A DNA stretch of 64,000 nt from Ascidiella aspersa (taxonomy: Eukaryota): assembly GCA_963924565.1 (NCBI GenBank), contig OZ004609.1:26474001-26538000 (forward strand). The letters run 5' to 3'. The position numbers and the translations under genes are program-made. The notes under the pieces were generated by a model that searched no databases, had not been told where the DNA came from, and saw only the letters and a program-made list of their open reading frames with translations. Below are positions 1-13,276 of this stretch, piece by piece. The stretch's first letter is position 1; every line of letters starts with the position of its first letter.

Positions 1-3000
1 ATGGGTATGCGCCAAAAAACATTTTTTACCATGGTTGATTAAAAATCAATAATGTAAAGGGTTGGATCATGTGATCACTATGGATCTGCACCAAAAAGAA
101 ATTCAAGGGTTTTTTGATGTTCCTGTTGACAATTTGAGAGCCTCGCCGTTTTTAATGCAGTATATACAAGACCAGGTTTGTTCGTTTTCTAATGTTTGAA
201 GGTTAACTTTAGGCTAATGCAAAATTTACCTGCAACTTTTTGTCCAAGCGCACAACTTATGAGGCCCTTTTTACTTTACATGTTTTATATTTTTACACCT
301 GACATACTAAAGTTCACTCTTCATTTAAATAGTTGATCTTTGATTAACCCATATTAAACTAATCCTAATAAGAATCCTCCTCCTACAGCCTTCAACATTT
401 TAATTAATTTTTACCTCCAATCAACAGATTCCTGACTATAGGAATGCCGTTATTGTGGCCAAGACACCTGCGTCTGCCAAGAAGGCTCAGTCTTATGCCG
501 AGCGTCTGCGCTTAGGCATTGCTGTTATTCACGGAGAACCACAAGACTTTGACTTCGATCAAGAAGATGGCAGACAGTCTCCACCCCCTTTGGAACCCGA
601 GTCACTTTCACCACAATCCCCAAACAGACCCTCTACATCTGCTGGCGGTGATAACTCAAAGCGAATTGAGGCAATGTTATTAGGTAGAAAATTTTTAACA
701 TAGTTTTGTTTCGTCTTACAAGCCAAAGCCCTGTAGTTAATCTACATTTAAAACTCATTTTTAAGTTAATAGGAGAATGCAGATGCCCAATATCTTGGTC
801 GTAAATTCCTTAATTTGTTACTTGCAAATTAACTGGTACCCAATTTTAATTCAGAGCGCAAAGGTGCATTTGCTGGCGTGGCTCGACACAGAAGTGTTTC
901 AACGGGACATTTTGAAGCCATAGAAATTCCAGTGCTGACTGCTAAGGAAAAGCCCCCAATAAATGTTGTTGGAGATGTTGGTGGTAAAATTGCAATCATT
1001 GTAGTAAGTGTCTTTGGTAATCTCTTGTAAAGGCATGCCTTGCTCTTTCACATCAATAAAATTTTATCATCTTTTTTAGGATGACATCATTGACGACATT
1101 GACCCATTTGTTGCGGCTGCTGGAATTTTAAAGGAAAGAGGTGCTTACAAGGTAACCTTAGGCAGATTTTTTTTGTAAAAATTTATAGGTTTCCGAATTA
1201 TAAAGCATAATTCGTTCTTCAAACTCACTGTTTTTCAACTTATGGGTTGCAACATAGGCGTCGAACTTTCAAAATCCCAGGGCGTTTTTTTAACCAGTCC
1301 TCAAAAAGGGGATTCCCGAAATTTCAACTTAGGGAATTCCCCTATTTTCCTTCTGACGTTAATGAATAATGACGTCATAAAATAGTTACGGGAATGACGT
1401 CATAAATATATAACCAGACACATCAAATTAACGTCCAGCAAAAGCGAACCTTTAAGACGCAAAGCGAACTCGTGCTTTGAAACAGCTTAGTGTGCAATCG
1501 TGAACTTCAGGCGAAAAACTAAACCAAGACGGAGAATATGTGTGATTGATTTTGATAGAATCCTGTTTCGATTATCAGCAGCGCAGTTTCCCAAGTTTCA
1601 TGTTCGGGACCACGCTAAATTACAAGCACGTCTTTCGCCACCTGCAACACGAAGATCGTTTTTCCGTCCGGCCCTCAATACGCTACCGCTCATTACCAAC
1701 AAAATGTAGCAGGTCTCTCTCGTTAACCGATTTTGCGATTCCGTATACTATAGGTTTAAAACAACCGTTATGTCTCCTGTAATTTCGTCAGAAATAATTG
1801 TACTCAAAGCTAATGCGGGCTTTGTCCTGCATTTAAATGATGAAGGACCAAGGTTAGTGCCAATCTACTTTGAGCAGTGTTCGTAACTTATTATCCGCCA
1901 TAGCATATAAGACACGTGCACAAGGAGCGAGCGAAGCGAGGGCAAATTTTTTGCGCTGTAACGATATTAAAAATTAAAGAGACTTGTGCGAGAGCAGTCA
2001 GCGTTATTGAACAAGGTTTTTATATGTGTTTGGCGAAAAGCTTATGTTCGGAATATTACGTTCGTTTATTTATCGATTTGAGTGACCAAACGTCTCAGCA
2101 TATTTAACATTATGAATTGTGACGCCAGACGAAGCACTGTGTTATACGACGTTTAAAAGTTATGGACTAGGTTAACACTTGTCTATTTCAGCCTCAGTAA
2201 TTGGCTTGACGCATCTTTTATCACAGAAAATTTTTCACTGAACACAAATTTCTTATCAGCTTAAGTTTAACCTACGTTAGCGCGACCTGGTATTTCATAT
2301 TTTCAGTGCGGCTTCGGTTTATTATTAGCTGCAAACGAACACTTCTGCAGAAGGTACTTCTCCCCATGTAATTCAGGAAAGTCGAGCATACTGTTAGTGA
2401 ACCACGATTGTGATACTTGCGATGTACATTGCGCTAGCTGTAATATAGTGTTTACATAGATGTAGTTGCACAGTAATTGCACACGAAACTTGGGCAAATT
2501 CCAGGGCGTTTTGACGCCCTGCGAGAAAACCAGGGCGTCAAAAAAAAAACCTCTGCACACCCACGTTCGGCGCCTATGGGTTGCGACCCGAAATTGTGTC
2601 TCCATGTTTATTTGATTGGGATCGTTTAGTGGTTTTCATTGTTACAGTTATTTCTCAATATTTCTTAACAATATTTTGTTCTAACACAAAATAACAATCT
2701 AGTGTATATTTAATAAAATGTCTAGCGTATATTTAATAAAATTTTATTTATACTCATTATTTTTAGGTTTATGTGATGGCTACCCATGGTTTACTATCTT
2801 TGGATGCACCAAGGATTCTCGAAGAATCCTCAATTGACGAGGTTTGGTTTTTGGTGATTTTATTCTTGGTAATACATTAAACGATCTGTGTCTTTGTTTA
2901 TATTACTTGGCGTATTGGGTTACAGACGGCAATTTTTGTGCTTTTACAACCCCGGTAGAACTATGACGATTACTCTTTTCGCCTAATATTTTTAAAAATC

Positions 3001-3396
3001 TTTAATCCTTAATAATGTTATGTGCTTTGCAAGCTCATCTGCTGTTGCACCGCTGCAGTCTTCCCCAGGCCAGTGAAACGTTATGGGCTTCCCGGTTAAA
3101 AACTTTATATAGCACTCCGTACCAAATTTTGTTTTCAGAAATATTGATTCTATTTGAACAAGGTTTATAAGACAACCATAGTCTTCCAGGCCCACCATCC
3201 ACGGCCGGTCATTAACTTATTTATGTTTCCAAACCAGGTGGTTGTCACCAACACGGTTCCGCACGAGCTGCAGAAGCTGCAGTGCCACAAGATCAAGACG
3301 GTCGACATCTCCTTCATCATGTCCGAAGCGATCCGTCGCATCCACAACGGCGAGAGCATGAGTTACTTGTTCCGCGATATTTCCATCGACGACTGA
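1..3396 (+). CDS. PRPSAP: Phosphoribosyl pyrophosphate synthase-associated protein (PRPSAP1/2-like), 5' part outside window
   Basis: Exons <1-4, 60-175, 428-683, 855-1003, 1080-1151, 2767-2841, 3238-3396, all GT-AG and phase-consistent (the 683 donor is the least certain). Translation includes [64 protein letters not shown] and [23 protein letters not shown], characteristic of PRPSAP rather than catalytic PRPS. Confidence 0.95.
1253..2578. mobile_element. Non-autonomous hAT-like element (1.3 kb) nested in an older MITE in a PRPSAP intron
   Basis: TIR CATAGGCGTCGAAC / GTTCGGCGCCTATG (13/14 match); 8-bp TSD ggttgcaa (1245-1252) / ggttgcga (2579-2586); CCAGGGCGT motifs near both ends. Confidence 0.8.
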
Positions 3397-4719
3397 AGCG
3401 CGCAAAATGCGGGAGCAGGCAAACTGTCGACTAGAAAGAGTTCCAGCCAAAGTACACACTCTTATTTCCTCGTGGTGTTCTTTAACCAGGCTCCAACCAT
3501 GGACCCAAAATTGCCGCGGGATATCTTTACACGCGCTGCCATTTATAATAAACTCTTTCGCTTGCTATTTATAGACCTTTGGTGACACAAGTGTTCAGCA
3601 TAAACACAAAAGCCGGATTCGCGTGCATTTTTGGAGTGCGCTGTGTGAGGTAATGGCTTTATATCGTTTCACAAGGACACACGGCCCCTTTAAATCCACT
3701 TTTCGGTTCGTCCTACGCCTTTAAAGTTTGAAGGTTGTGTTTTCGTAGCGTAGTGCAAACCACTGAGGAACCGCACACCAAAAGTGGCGTAACTCGCTTA
3801 TTTAGTTAGCGCTTCCCAAAAAATTTTATACCGACGAACGTTTTTCTCCGTTATGAGGCGACTTGGCTGTTTAAATTGTAGATACTGTTTGTTAACTGAC
3901 TTGGAAGTTGCTACGTTGCCAAGGTATCACTCTAAAATGCCTTATTTTATGGGTGCAATTTTCTTGTAATGTAGCAAAATGACTTCGTGTTTCAGTGCTA
4001 CTTAAGATGCCTTGCAGTTTAACAAATAACATAGTCCACTTCCGGTAAACTGTTGTGCTGAATTAAAAACTGCCAAATTAATAAAAAGAATACTGCCACT
4101 TCCCCTCTTTTCTTAGTTTTATAGCTATTTTTGTAACAATTCCCGGTTAGATAAGTTTTAACAAAATATAGGTACCTGCCAAAACAGCATTCAAAAAGTC
4201 ATTACTTTACCTGCTAACGTTTTAAAAGAAACGTTTGCCAATTTAACGGCTATAAAATAAAATATCTTTAGTGCAAAAGTTGTATATGACGACGTCTCCC
4301 TTGCTTTTTGACTGTTGATGTTCCCAGTCGATCGCTCGGTATTTTGCAAATATATCTTTTTTGGTTAACCTAATAGACATTTAAGAATTATTATATAAAA
4401 CAACAAAGGTAGATAAAATTGATGATATATCAAAAAAATATACAGTATATTATCACTTCAAAGCCACAAAAGCAATACAAGCCGTACGATTGAACAGCAA
4501 CGATTCAGTAAATGTAATCTTTCTTTTTGAGCACAAAACTTGTTATTATAAAAATGGATTTGGATGTCGAAAGCCCTAGACTTGCCGCGTTGAAATGGAG
4601 AAGAGTTAAGATAATTCCAGTTCTACTATACAATGCTACGTTACAACACTAAGTTTAATTTTTTTTAAGTTCTTTTTGGTTGACGGAAAGCACCGAGAAC
4701 CCTGTGATACAGCTGCAGC

Positions 4720-7700
4720 TTATTTTCCCACTTTTTCATTGTAGCTTCCCTCGCCCTTGTAGTTGCCGACGTACCCTTTATTGTCGACCTTGTCTACGCG
4801 TCCTTCAATACCTTTTGAACGTAAAGAATTGTGTTAATTCACTGTTTTCAAATGACTTGACTTGACTTAAGGCTTGTGGGCAAATGACTTAAGTCGTTTG
4901 GGCAAATGACTTGACTCGGACACGTTTACCCAATTTTTGAAAGCTTAACGTGTAATTTCTATGACAAGGACTGTACCTGTAATTGACTTGATTTAGCATT
5001 TATTCAAAAATACTTGACTTGGACTTAAGTTATTTTACATATGACTTGACCGGGGTATAAGTCATTTCAAAATGACTTGTTTACAAAACTGCAAAAACCC
5101 TAGGGAATTTAATTGACTCGTTTGAGTTCATGCAACAAGCGTAAATTGTTTTATTCGACGTAGAACTACAATTATTAAAAATATTTTTTTTCTTATCGAA
5201 TATTTTAGCGTTTAATCTTCCAGTTACTCTGCAACAGCTGAGGCCAGTATGCCCAATGTCACTTCTCCTGTTGTTGATTGTATTAAGCCGTAATATTCAA
5301 ACAATTGCTGTGATTCCAAAGATTTCATTAACCGAGTGTATTAGGCGTTTTTTACTCAAATGGAGACTTAAATTCTAAGGAAAAACTATTACCCTTTCCT
5401 TTCCCGTCTTCTCCAAATCGTTGCTTGTGTGCTCCTGTATACTGTGATGTGTCGGTCATCTTATCCACACCACCAGTCTTCGATTGTTTCTGTAAGTTAA
5501 GTTTTTGATCATGACTAGCTGTAGAATTAAAGATATTGGGACAGAGCAAGGATTCTGGAACAAAGCAATGCCTTTTTCGAGAAATATAGTTTTAAAATTT
5601 TACACATTGTCGCCAAACTTTTTCATACTAGACCCCTTTAAATCTGTTGTTTTATTTCAAATCGCTAGATTTCAATGCGAATGACTTGACTCAATTGCAA
5701 CTGAATTGCTACAACAATTACTGGAACTTGACTTGGGTAAGTGATGGCTTGACTTGAACTTGAGTTGGTATCTATTGAGAATGACGTGACGTGGACTTGA
5801 GTTATTTTGCTAATGAATTGATTGGTACTTAAGAAGTCCTTTTGAAATGACTTGTTTACAAACAACACTGGTAGGCCTAATAAGCTTTCGTCCGTTGTAT
5901 ATATACAAAACTATTATAAGAAAAAATTACCAATATTTGTTTTGGAAGATGTTTCCGTGTGCTAATTGATTCAGAAACAGCCAACTTCCACTTACTGTAA
6001 CGCCAGTGTTGCCAGGTTTCTTTCCTTCCACCAGTTTCACGGCTTGTGTTTCGTCTCCCCCCTTGTATAGTTTTTTTCCCAGTTCAACGAGACCGTCGTG
6101 AAATTGATTCACGTTCATGGTTCGAGTTCCTTTTTTTATTCTGTGCCACAAAAAAGGGTATTATAAAAAAATACTTATAGCTACAATTTAGAGAATAACA
6201 ATATTCATGGTTAAAACGAAATCATTTATTTTAGCGCTATGTTTGTCTGATCATGAAGCTACCATAGGTTTTTGGATTTGATCTTTAATTATTCGGATTT
6301 TACGAGAATTTACATGTCTAACATCGCAGCACAACTTAATTGTTTGTTGCATTTCGCCTGATTTTTCAACAAACGCTTCTGCGTGTATCAGCACTTTACA
6401 GCATTCAGTTCCGTAAATATTTGGTGAAAGAAGGGCGAAACATCAAACGAATTACAACAGAAGGTTTCTTCATGAAGCATCACGCAAAAGGTGCCAGTAA
6501 CTGCCTAGTTAAACACCTGCGTGGTGCGCTATAACGTAAAAATCGAATCTTACGACAGTTAGTTTAACTGCGCAAAAAATATTAGCTCGAAGCGATCTTG
6601 GTGGCATAATCCCGTAGCTGTATAGCAACACAAAAATCAAGCAAAAAAAAAGAGCACAACGCGCGTTAAAATCATTTTTATTTATCGTTGATCATTTTTT
6701 TGTTTAGTTTTCGTTGACCGCTAAGATTTTGAAGGTTTGGTTTAGCTGAACGCTAAGTTATTTTTTAAATGAAATCAATGCAAGCGTTGTTGTCCAAAAA
6801 CGGTAGACTCGAATCTCTCAGAGGAACAGACTGACAATAATATTATATATATATATATATAAATATTATATTATAAGGTTCCCGCAATGTCCGCTTTTAA
6901 CGTTGAATATAAACAGTGCCTATTATCGTTTTTATTTACTTAATTTGACATGCCGTACTTCAAACGGTGATTCATAATGAGGTCATGTATAGTTTCATTA
7001 AATTTAGCTGACATATGTATAGGGCTGTAGGCACTCCTAAATTTCTATACTAAATTGAAAATTGAACGTCATTGATTACACCTTCACGGCGCCATAACTT
7101 GAGTTAATCGATTTGGTCCAATTGATTGTTTTGTTACCCTTAGAATATTTTTTTAAGACCAATCTCGGATGTCTATCGGCATTTTAAATTTTATAGCCCA
7201 TCACGAATATGGATGACGTCTTTATAACGTGTTAGACATAATGTTTTTTGCGGGCACATTTTGGGGAGTTTGTTGCACTTTCTCGTCATGAATCATCAAA
7301 AAAACCTTATGTTGCAATTTGTTTGATTTTTTTTACTTTTTACTGACCCTAAATAATCGTAAACAACAATTGAATTAATGATTAATTTTTTACTACTCGG
7401 GTTTTAAAATGTTTATTGACATTGCTCTACAATTGGCTCTAGAGAAAAATCCAATTCTTGTTATCAGACGATAAAAAAATCAAAGATGACGTCACATCAT
7501 CACGTCATAACGTGGCTTCACAAAGGTACGTCAAAACGTGTCTTTACAAATTAGATCAAAACGTGGCGTCATAACACAGTAATCTTAAAAACACCAAAGA
7601 ACTTGCTTATTTTGTTAGTTAAGGTTTGTGGATTTTTAATACGTGAGCTACTTTAAAGATACTATCGATTCGCGCTAAGAAAAAAACGCATTTAAATAGT

Positions 7701-8334
7701 TTAAGTTGTCCAAACTTTCGCTTTCGAGGGTGCGATTTGCCACTCGACGCCTTAGGAATAAATCGATTTTGTAAAATGGGATAAGGGGGTGACATGGCCA
7801 CATGACTCCTTACCCTGACTCCTTCCTGGTTGTTATAAATAATTTACATTGCAAACAAGGTCCTTACACTTTTGAGAAGACGATGTCGGCGTCGGTACTG
7901 GTGCACTTTGATCCTATGACACCACACTCTTTACAGCACTATAACAAAGCAACGGTATTGGTAATATTATAGAAGCCTAACTGTATAGTGTACAGCACTA
8001 AATTTAAATTAGCGACTCTGGGCTAGGAACAATGACATAATTTCGTGTTTGATCAGTAGATATTTCAACGTCATTTTAAGCCATTTTTAACATGACCAAT
8101 GTACATATAAACCTTTTGACACATAAAAAACCTTTAAAACATGTCCGACAAAATACCCCACTAAAGAAGGCCTACAGAGCGAACCAAATGATATTATGTA
8201 TGCTATTTGTCTAACCAGTGATAACATACCTTGACAAAGTTTTTCCCACTCATTTCTGTAGCTTTGGCGTCGCCATGCTTCTTATAGAGCTCATAGGTAT
8301 CTTTCAGTTCCTTGCTGACTTTGGTGGACGACAT
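4720..8334 (-). CDS. TPPP: Tubulin polymerization-promoting protein (TPPP/p25-alpha family), 169 aa
   Basis: Exons 8334-8230, 7938-7868, 6140-5996, 5489-5393, 4811-4720 (510 nt). Translation MSSTKVSKELKDTYELYKKHGDAKATEMSGKNFVKCCKECGVIGSKCTSTDADIVFSKV...[30 protein letters not shown]...GYVGNYKGEGSYNEKVGK*; has the TD.S.YTG.HK.RF and GxGxGxxGR hallmarks. Confidence 0.95.
4840..5091. repeat. Degenerate MITE-like element with GACTT/AAGTC subterminal repeats
   Basis: Many TGACTT(G) units; right end AAATGACTTGTTTACAAAACTG is shared with the copy at about 5680-5870; related AAGTC arrays at about 49590-49930. No intact TSD. Confidence 0.55.
5680..5870. repeat. Second copy of the GACTT-repeat element in a TPPP intron
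   Basis: TGACTTG/GGACTTG/AACTTG units ending AAATGACTTGTTTACAAACAACACTG. Confidence 0.5.
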
Positions 8335-10779
8335 TTTTTTAGTTTTCAGAATATGCTTTTGGAAAACACTTGAGCAACAGTTAAATCTTTCGAGCTTTTT
8401 TATGAATAAAATATAAAAACAATATTAGTTATATTTTACAATATTAGTTATATTCTTTACGTGTAATAAATACATTGCGTGCGACTTGTTTTATTAGATT
8501 ACACGGCGCTTTCATGCCGAAAGCATTTTGCAAAATTATCCACTGGCCCATAAAAAACTCAGGCCAACAAAAATAGTATATAGTTGGCCTATAGTTAGGT
8601 TATGGTAAAACGTATAGGTCTAGTGATTGGCAAACAAACCGCATCACTAGAGAGATTTGAAAACAGTCGAGTTTGAATCATTAAAACAGCAATCCACTTT
8701 AACATTACCATAGCCTTCGAAGCGAATAATGGAATTGAATATGATATACCAAGTCTATTTACACATCATACGTATAGTAAATCGTTTGAGTAAAAATATA
8801 GGACAAGAATTAGAAAACTATCAAAAAACATCTAGAGATTTCAAGTCTTTTGGCAAACTGCTGAAATATATTTGGGATCTACTTGATATAAGGCGCTGCT
8901 ATTTTTGCATGTAAACTTTTTAAATGGTACACTACGTTTCTCATCAAACACAATCAGCAATATCCAAATTACAATTCCTTATTACTTTTCGTATTTTGAA
9001 GTGCTAGATCTCTTGGAACAACTGGATGTTGTTAGTAACATATGCAACTATAAGCTTTATGTGCAACATAAGCTACTGTCGACGCTAAAATACCTGAAGG
9101 CTGGCGTCTGATACGGACCAGCCAGGGACGCTGGCATGTGTGTGACAGGCGAATTTGGCGTTTGCTTATCAATATTTTATGACAGCTGGTTGCGTCGTAG
9201 GTTTACCCATTCCGGCTACAAAACTTACGACAGAAGCCTGCCTTTGTGGCACCGATTTCAAAATACCACGTACGTCAAAAGAGTTTGAGACCATAGCCTA
9301 TAAATAATTTCCCTTTATGGTTTGACCTTTTTGTTGCGAATCGTTACATGATTAAAACCGAAATATATAGTTTCTGTTCCTTTATACTCCCTAATAAGTA
9401 GGCTAGTGCAACAAATGATAAGAATAATATAACTTTTTTGCGGTATATCAGAACGTATGCTTTAACATATAACCTTTAAAAATTGGGCTAATAAGCTACT
9501 ACTAAAGTAAGTACACGCACCACTGAGTTTTACGTAGCAATTAAAAGCAGATTATACTGCAGTACTTCGTTTGTCTACAAAGTGTTACTTTGTACCCCTT
9601 CGGTCTGGATAAAGTCAAGGCCAATAAACAAATAAGATTTCACTTCACATTCGACTTCGTGCTTTTAATTGTACAGTAACTATAGGCTACCTTATTGAGT
9701 TTAGCAAACACTTAGCTTTTCAAACTTGGCGCTATCAAAACTGTTTGCAAAGTTCTGCGCTACGTGATGTCTTTACCGACCATTTTAACTGTAGATAAAT
9801 ATTGAGAAAACGCGCTTTTTTATATGTTCTGACCGCCAAACTTGTTTTGACAACCTTCACACAATAACTACCTTATTTATGGGTAGTGACGGCAATGTAA
9901 AGCAAGCCCAGCACCATTGTGTGCAGGGCATCGAAATCTTATTGTTAGTTCATTCTCCAGTTCATTAGGGTTCAATTTCTTTTGTAATTTTCGCTGAAGA
10001 TGTTTTTGAATTGGGCAGGTCTCATTCACAGTTCGCTCATAAGATGTGCTGTATTGTGGTCAAAAATTTGCTCTCTCGAAACACAATAGTCAAACGTCTG
10101 GACACAGCAGTGCTTTGTTGTGTCGTCCACTTTAATTAAATTATCAACGTAGAAAAGTAAAGAAAAATCTAACAGCTTTCTTTTTTACCCAAGATATTCG
10201 TTAGTTTTATTTTTACAGATCCGACATTTTAAACTAAATTTTTACTTTAGCGAATCATATCATTAGACAAAGTGCGTCAAGAACAACTTACTCGCTATAA
10301 ATAAACAGTTAATAACACCTACGGTATGCCACCTGTAAGAAATTTACCTTTGCTTTTTATATCTGATTTTTTATAAGTGGTTGAAGTATTTTGCTTACAA
10401 TGTTAAACAGGGTGCAAATATATTCCTTGTTTTTTTTGTTTATCTAAAACACTTTGTGAACTGTTGCTTGCTCCAAAAATATTGCCTTTATTCTCGTTGT
10501 GTATCAAGTTTAAACCATATCTTTCTCCAAGCGCTGCCTTTAATCTGGCTTAGTAACCCGCCTGCCTTGAGACCCGAATAGCCTTGCCTGTAAAGATTCC
10601 GTGATGTTCTTTCCCTTGTGGCTTAACGGTCGCAAACAAAGGGGCTGTGTACCCACGTCAAACAGGAATCGATTACGCAGACGCCCTTCATTTAACCGGC
10701 GCTCTGGGACCATAATTCGGTCGAAATAGCTATTGAGTAACAATAAACAGGTGTGATTCGGCCAAACCGTTGAAATTTA

Positions 10780-11100
10780 ATTTCCTGAATAAGTTAAAAT
10801 GCCGATATCGCAGTAAACGTTCGATGCTTTGGTTGGCGAGGAGCGCGAGTCTGCGGCCTGTAACATTAGGATAAATAGACATTCGCAAGCCACCCGAGTT
10901 CGCGTAGCATTGTGCGTTAGCCTATAAACACACACAGATCTTTGTCGGAAATTTTCCACACTGGTGCGTCAATCGCGTTGCCCTGACGACGCGGACGCTT
11001 CGAAACACATATACATATTACCTCACATGTTTCGGTATGCCGGCCTGATTGGTAATTCGAATCACGTAAAAAAAACGCCAAAGCTGTAAAAGCAATTTAT
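10780..11100. promoter_or_regulatory. Candidate promoter region between divergent TPPP and DIPK2-like genes
   Basis: Locally CpG-rich; X-box-like GTTGCCCTGACGAC at 10977-10990; inverted CCAAT (CTGATTGG) at about 11045-11052. No TSS data. Confidence 0.3.
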
Positions 11101-11322
11101 ACCGGCTACTTTTGCAAAAATGAAATGCAGGTATACATCACAACTTTTGGAATTCATAATAAACATCCTTTCAACCTGATTATGTTTCTGCAGATGTCTA
11201 CTTTTACGCAGCCTTATACTAGGTTGTTATTTATATGGTTGGGCAACCATTTTTTGGCATAAAATATGTTGGTACGAAAACGGTAACCTATCTTTTCAAA
11301 ACCGTACAGATTAAATGAAAGA

Positions 11323-11400
11323 TACACGCACACACACACACGCACACACACACGCACACACACACGCACACACACACGCACACACACACACACACACACA
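11323..11400. repeat. (CA)n microsatellite with periodic CG interruptions (12-bp higher-order unit)
   Basis: Direct reading: ...acacgcacacacacacgcacacacacacgc...cacacaca. Confidence 0.95.
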
Positions 11401-13276
11401 TACGTTTTTAACAACTGAGATCTATATCCCTTCTGAAGTCGCTTTTTGACCAACGATAACAGCTCCAGTATCATAGTACACCGAACAGATTAAACTTGTT
11501 GCTTCTAATTTCTAGAAAATTTCTTTACTTGCTTTTAAGACCACGGCTTTAGTAGGATCTAATGACTAACAACCAAAAGTCGTCAATTTTATGACGTATA
11601 AATAATGTCGTAAAGCTCTGGTTGTAATTCCATACCAATGAGAAAAGTAGTTTTAGAGTTGTCAAAAGTATGGTGACATTTTCAGTTGCCGTCTTGGATA
11701 AGACTTGCCTAGCCATGTTTATAGGAAGGCCGAACGGCAGCGCGAAAAGGCGCACAAAACTATTTTGCTGAACTGTTTTGTAAGGAGCTTTACTACCCCG
11801 CAAATTCCGGTGCCTCACCAAGACCGGGTGTAGTTAGAACTGGTGACTTCGAACCAATTTATTAACGGTGGACTCGTAACAAGAAACTGGTCATAAAACG
11901 GCCAGTTCAAGACATTATGTTATCCAAGTCATTGCCATAGCTGGTCACATCGATGTTACGACACACTGAGGCTTATAACATGAGTTAATGCGTTTGTATT
12001 TTGAGCAATATTTCGCATAACTAAAAAACAATACAAATATAAAAGTATTGTTTTACCCTGACGTTATTATCACAAAATTGTAAAAAAAAAAAATGAGTGA
12101 GTCAAACAAGTCATTATGGCTAAACGGCTGAAGGGAAGTAAAGTCATTTGAAAACACTTTAGTGCATTTAATCTTTTCGTCGTTTGTTTTCGTTGGATTA
12201 ACGCTTTACCATGGTACAAACAAGGGTTTGCTGGGTGCTATGCAAGATATAATCTGCTTTTGTATTTATTCTACATCAGTATATACACATAGGGCATCAC
12301 AAGAGAAATATATATGTATGGGGATAAGATGATTGCCTCTTCCAAAAATATGTCACTTGATTGCAATTTAATTACCGTGATAGAGCTTCACAATCTGGCA
12401 ATATCTGAATTGTTATTGGACTGATAACTCGCCTCTTTTGCCATAAAACCGTTAAAATTGTCAAAACAATGTTGTTGTATACGTTGCTACTAAACTGACT
12501 GTTTATTAAGCAATGCCTCTACAATGATATATAAGCCTTGTCTTAAGTATTTTTTTCGTTATTGGCATTTTAATGACCACACGGACCACTCCAAGTACAA
12601 AGATTCGGAGCCAAGTTCCTTAAAAAAAATACATTTATCAGTATAAGTTGGGAAGGCTTAATATAAATACGTCAAAGAACTGTTATTTAGCGTAACCATC
12701 TGTTTAATATAAACATTTTTGAATTGTTCTTATTTCTTTTTGATTTTAAAAGTATTGGACCACATTGCAATCGTTTTGGTATTACATCCGGCGTCAATTA
12801 CCCATGCATGAATGGTTTGTACACGATTCCACTTGCATCAGCTTTATTGGGGGCCCTTTGCATGTTTATGCACTTTTTATTCTCATATAGCGTTGAAATA
12901 AACCATTTCTTAAGGCTGTGCAGCAATTTGGCGTTGCAGTTTAAATCGCATGGTTCTTTATAGTGTTTGTAGCGATAATACTTTTCCATTTTATAGAGAC
13001 AAAATATCTATTCCGTTTAATGGTATAGTAGTCAGCTTTTTAGACAGTTATATACAGCAGAAATGTTAAAAATCAGAAACGTACGATAAAGAGAAACCCA
13101 AGGCAGTATAGCAATGCATACATATATAGTATATACCAACTAAAAATGTAGCTTGGATTTTTTAAACAAAGCGTAACAGATTTCGGTTTTGTTTGAAGTA
13201 CGGCAAATTTAAACTTATTTGTTTTAGAAGGACACCACAAGTGTACAAACATTATAGGCAATTAATTCCTGAAATC

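Noticed and set aside
11214-11474. ORF with VCVRVCVR repeats
   Set aside because: Translation of the CA/CG microsatellite.
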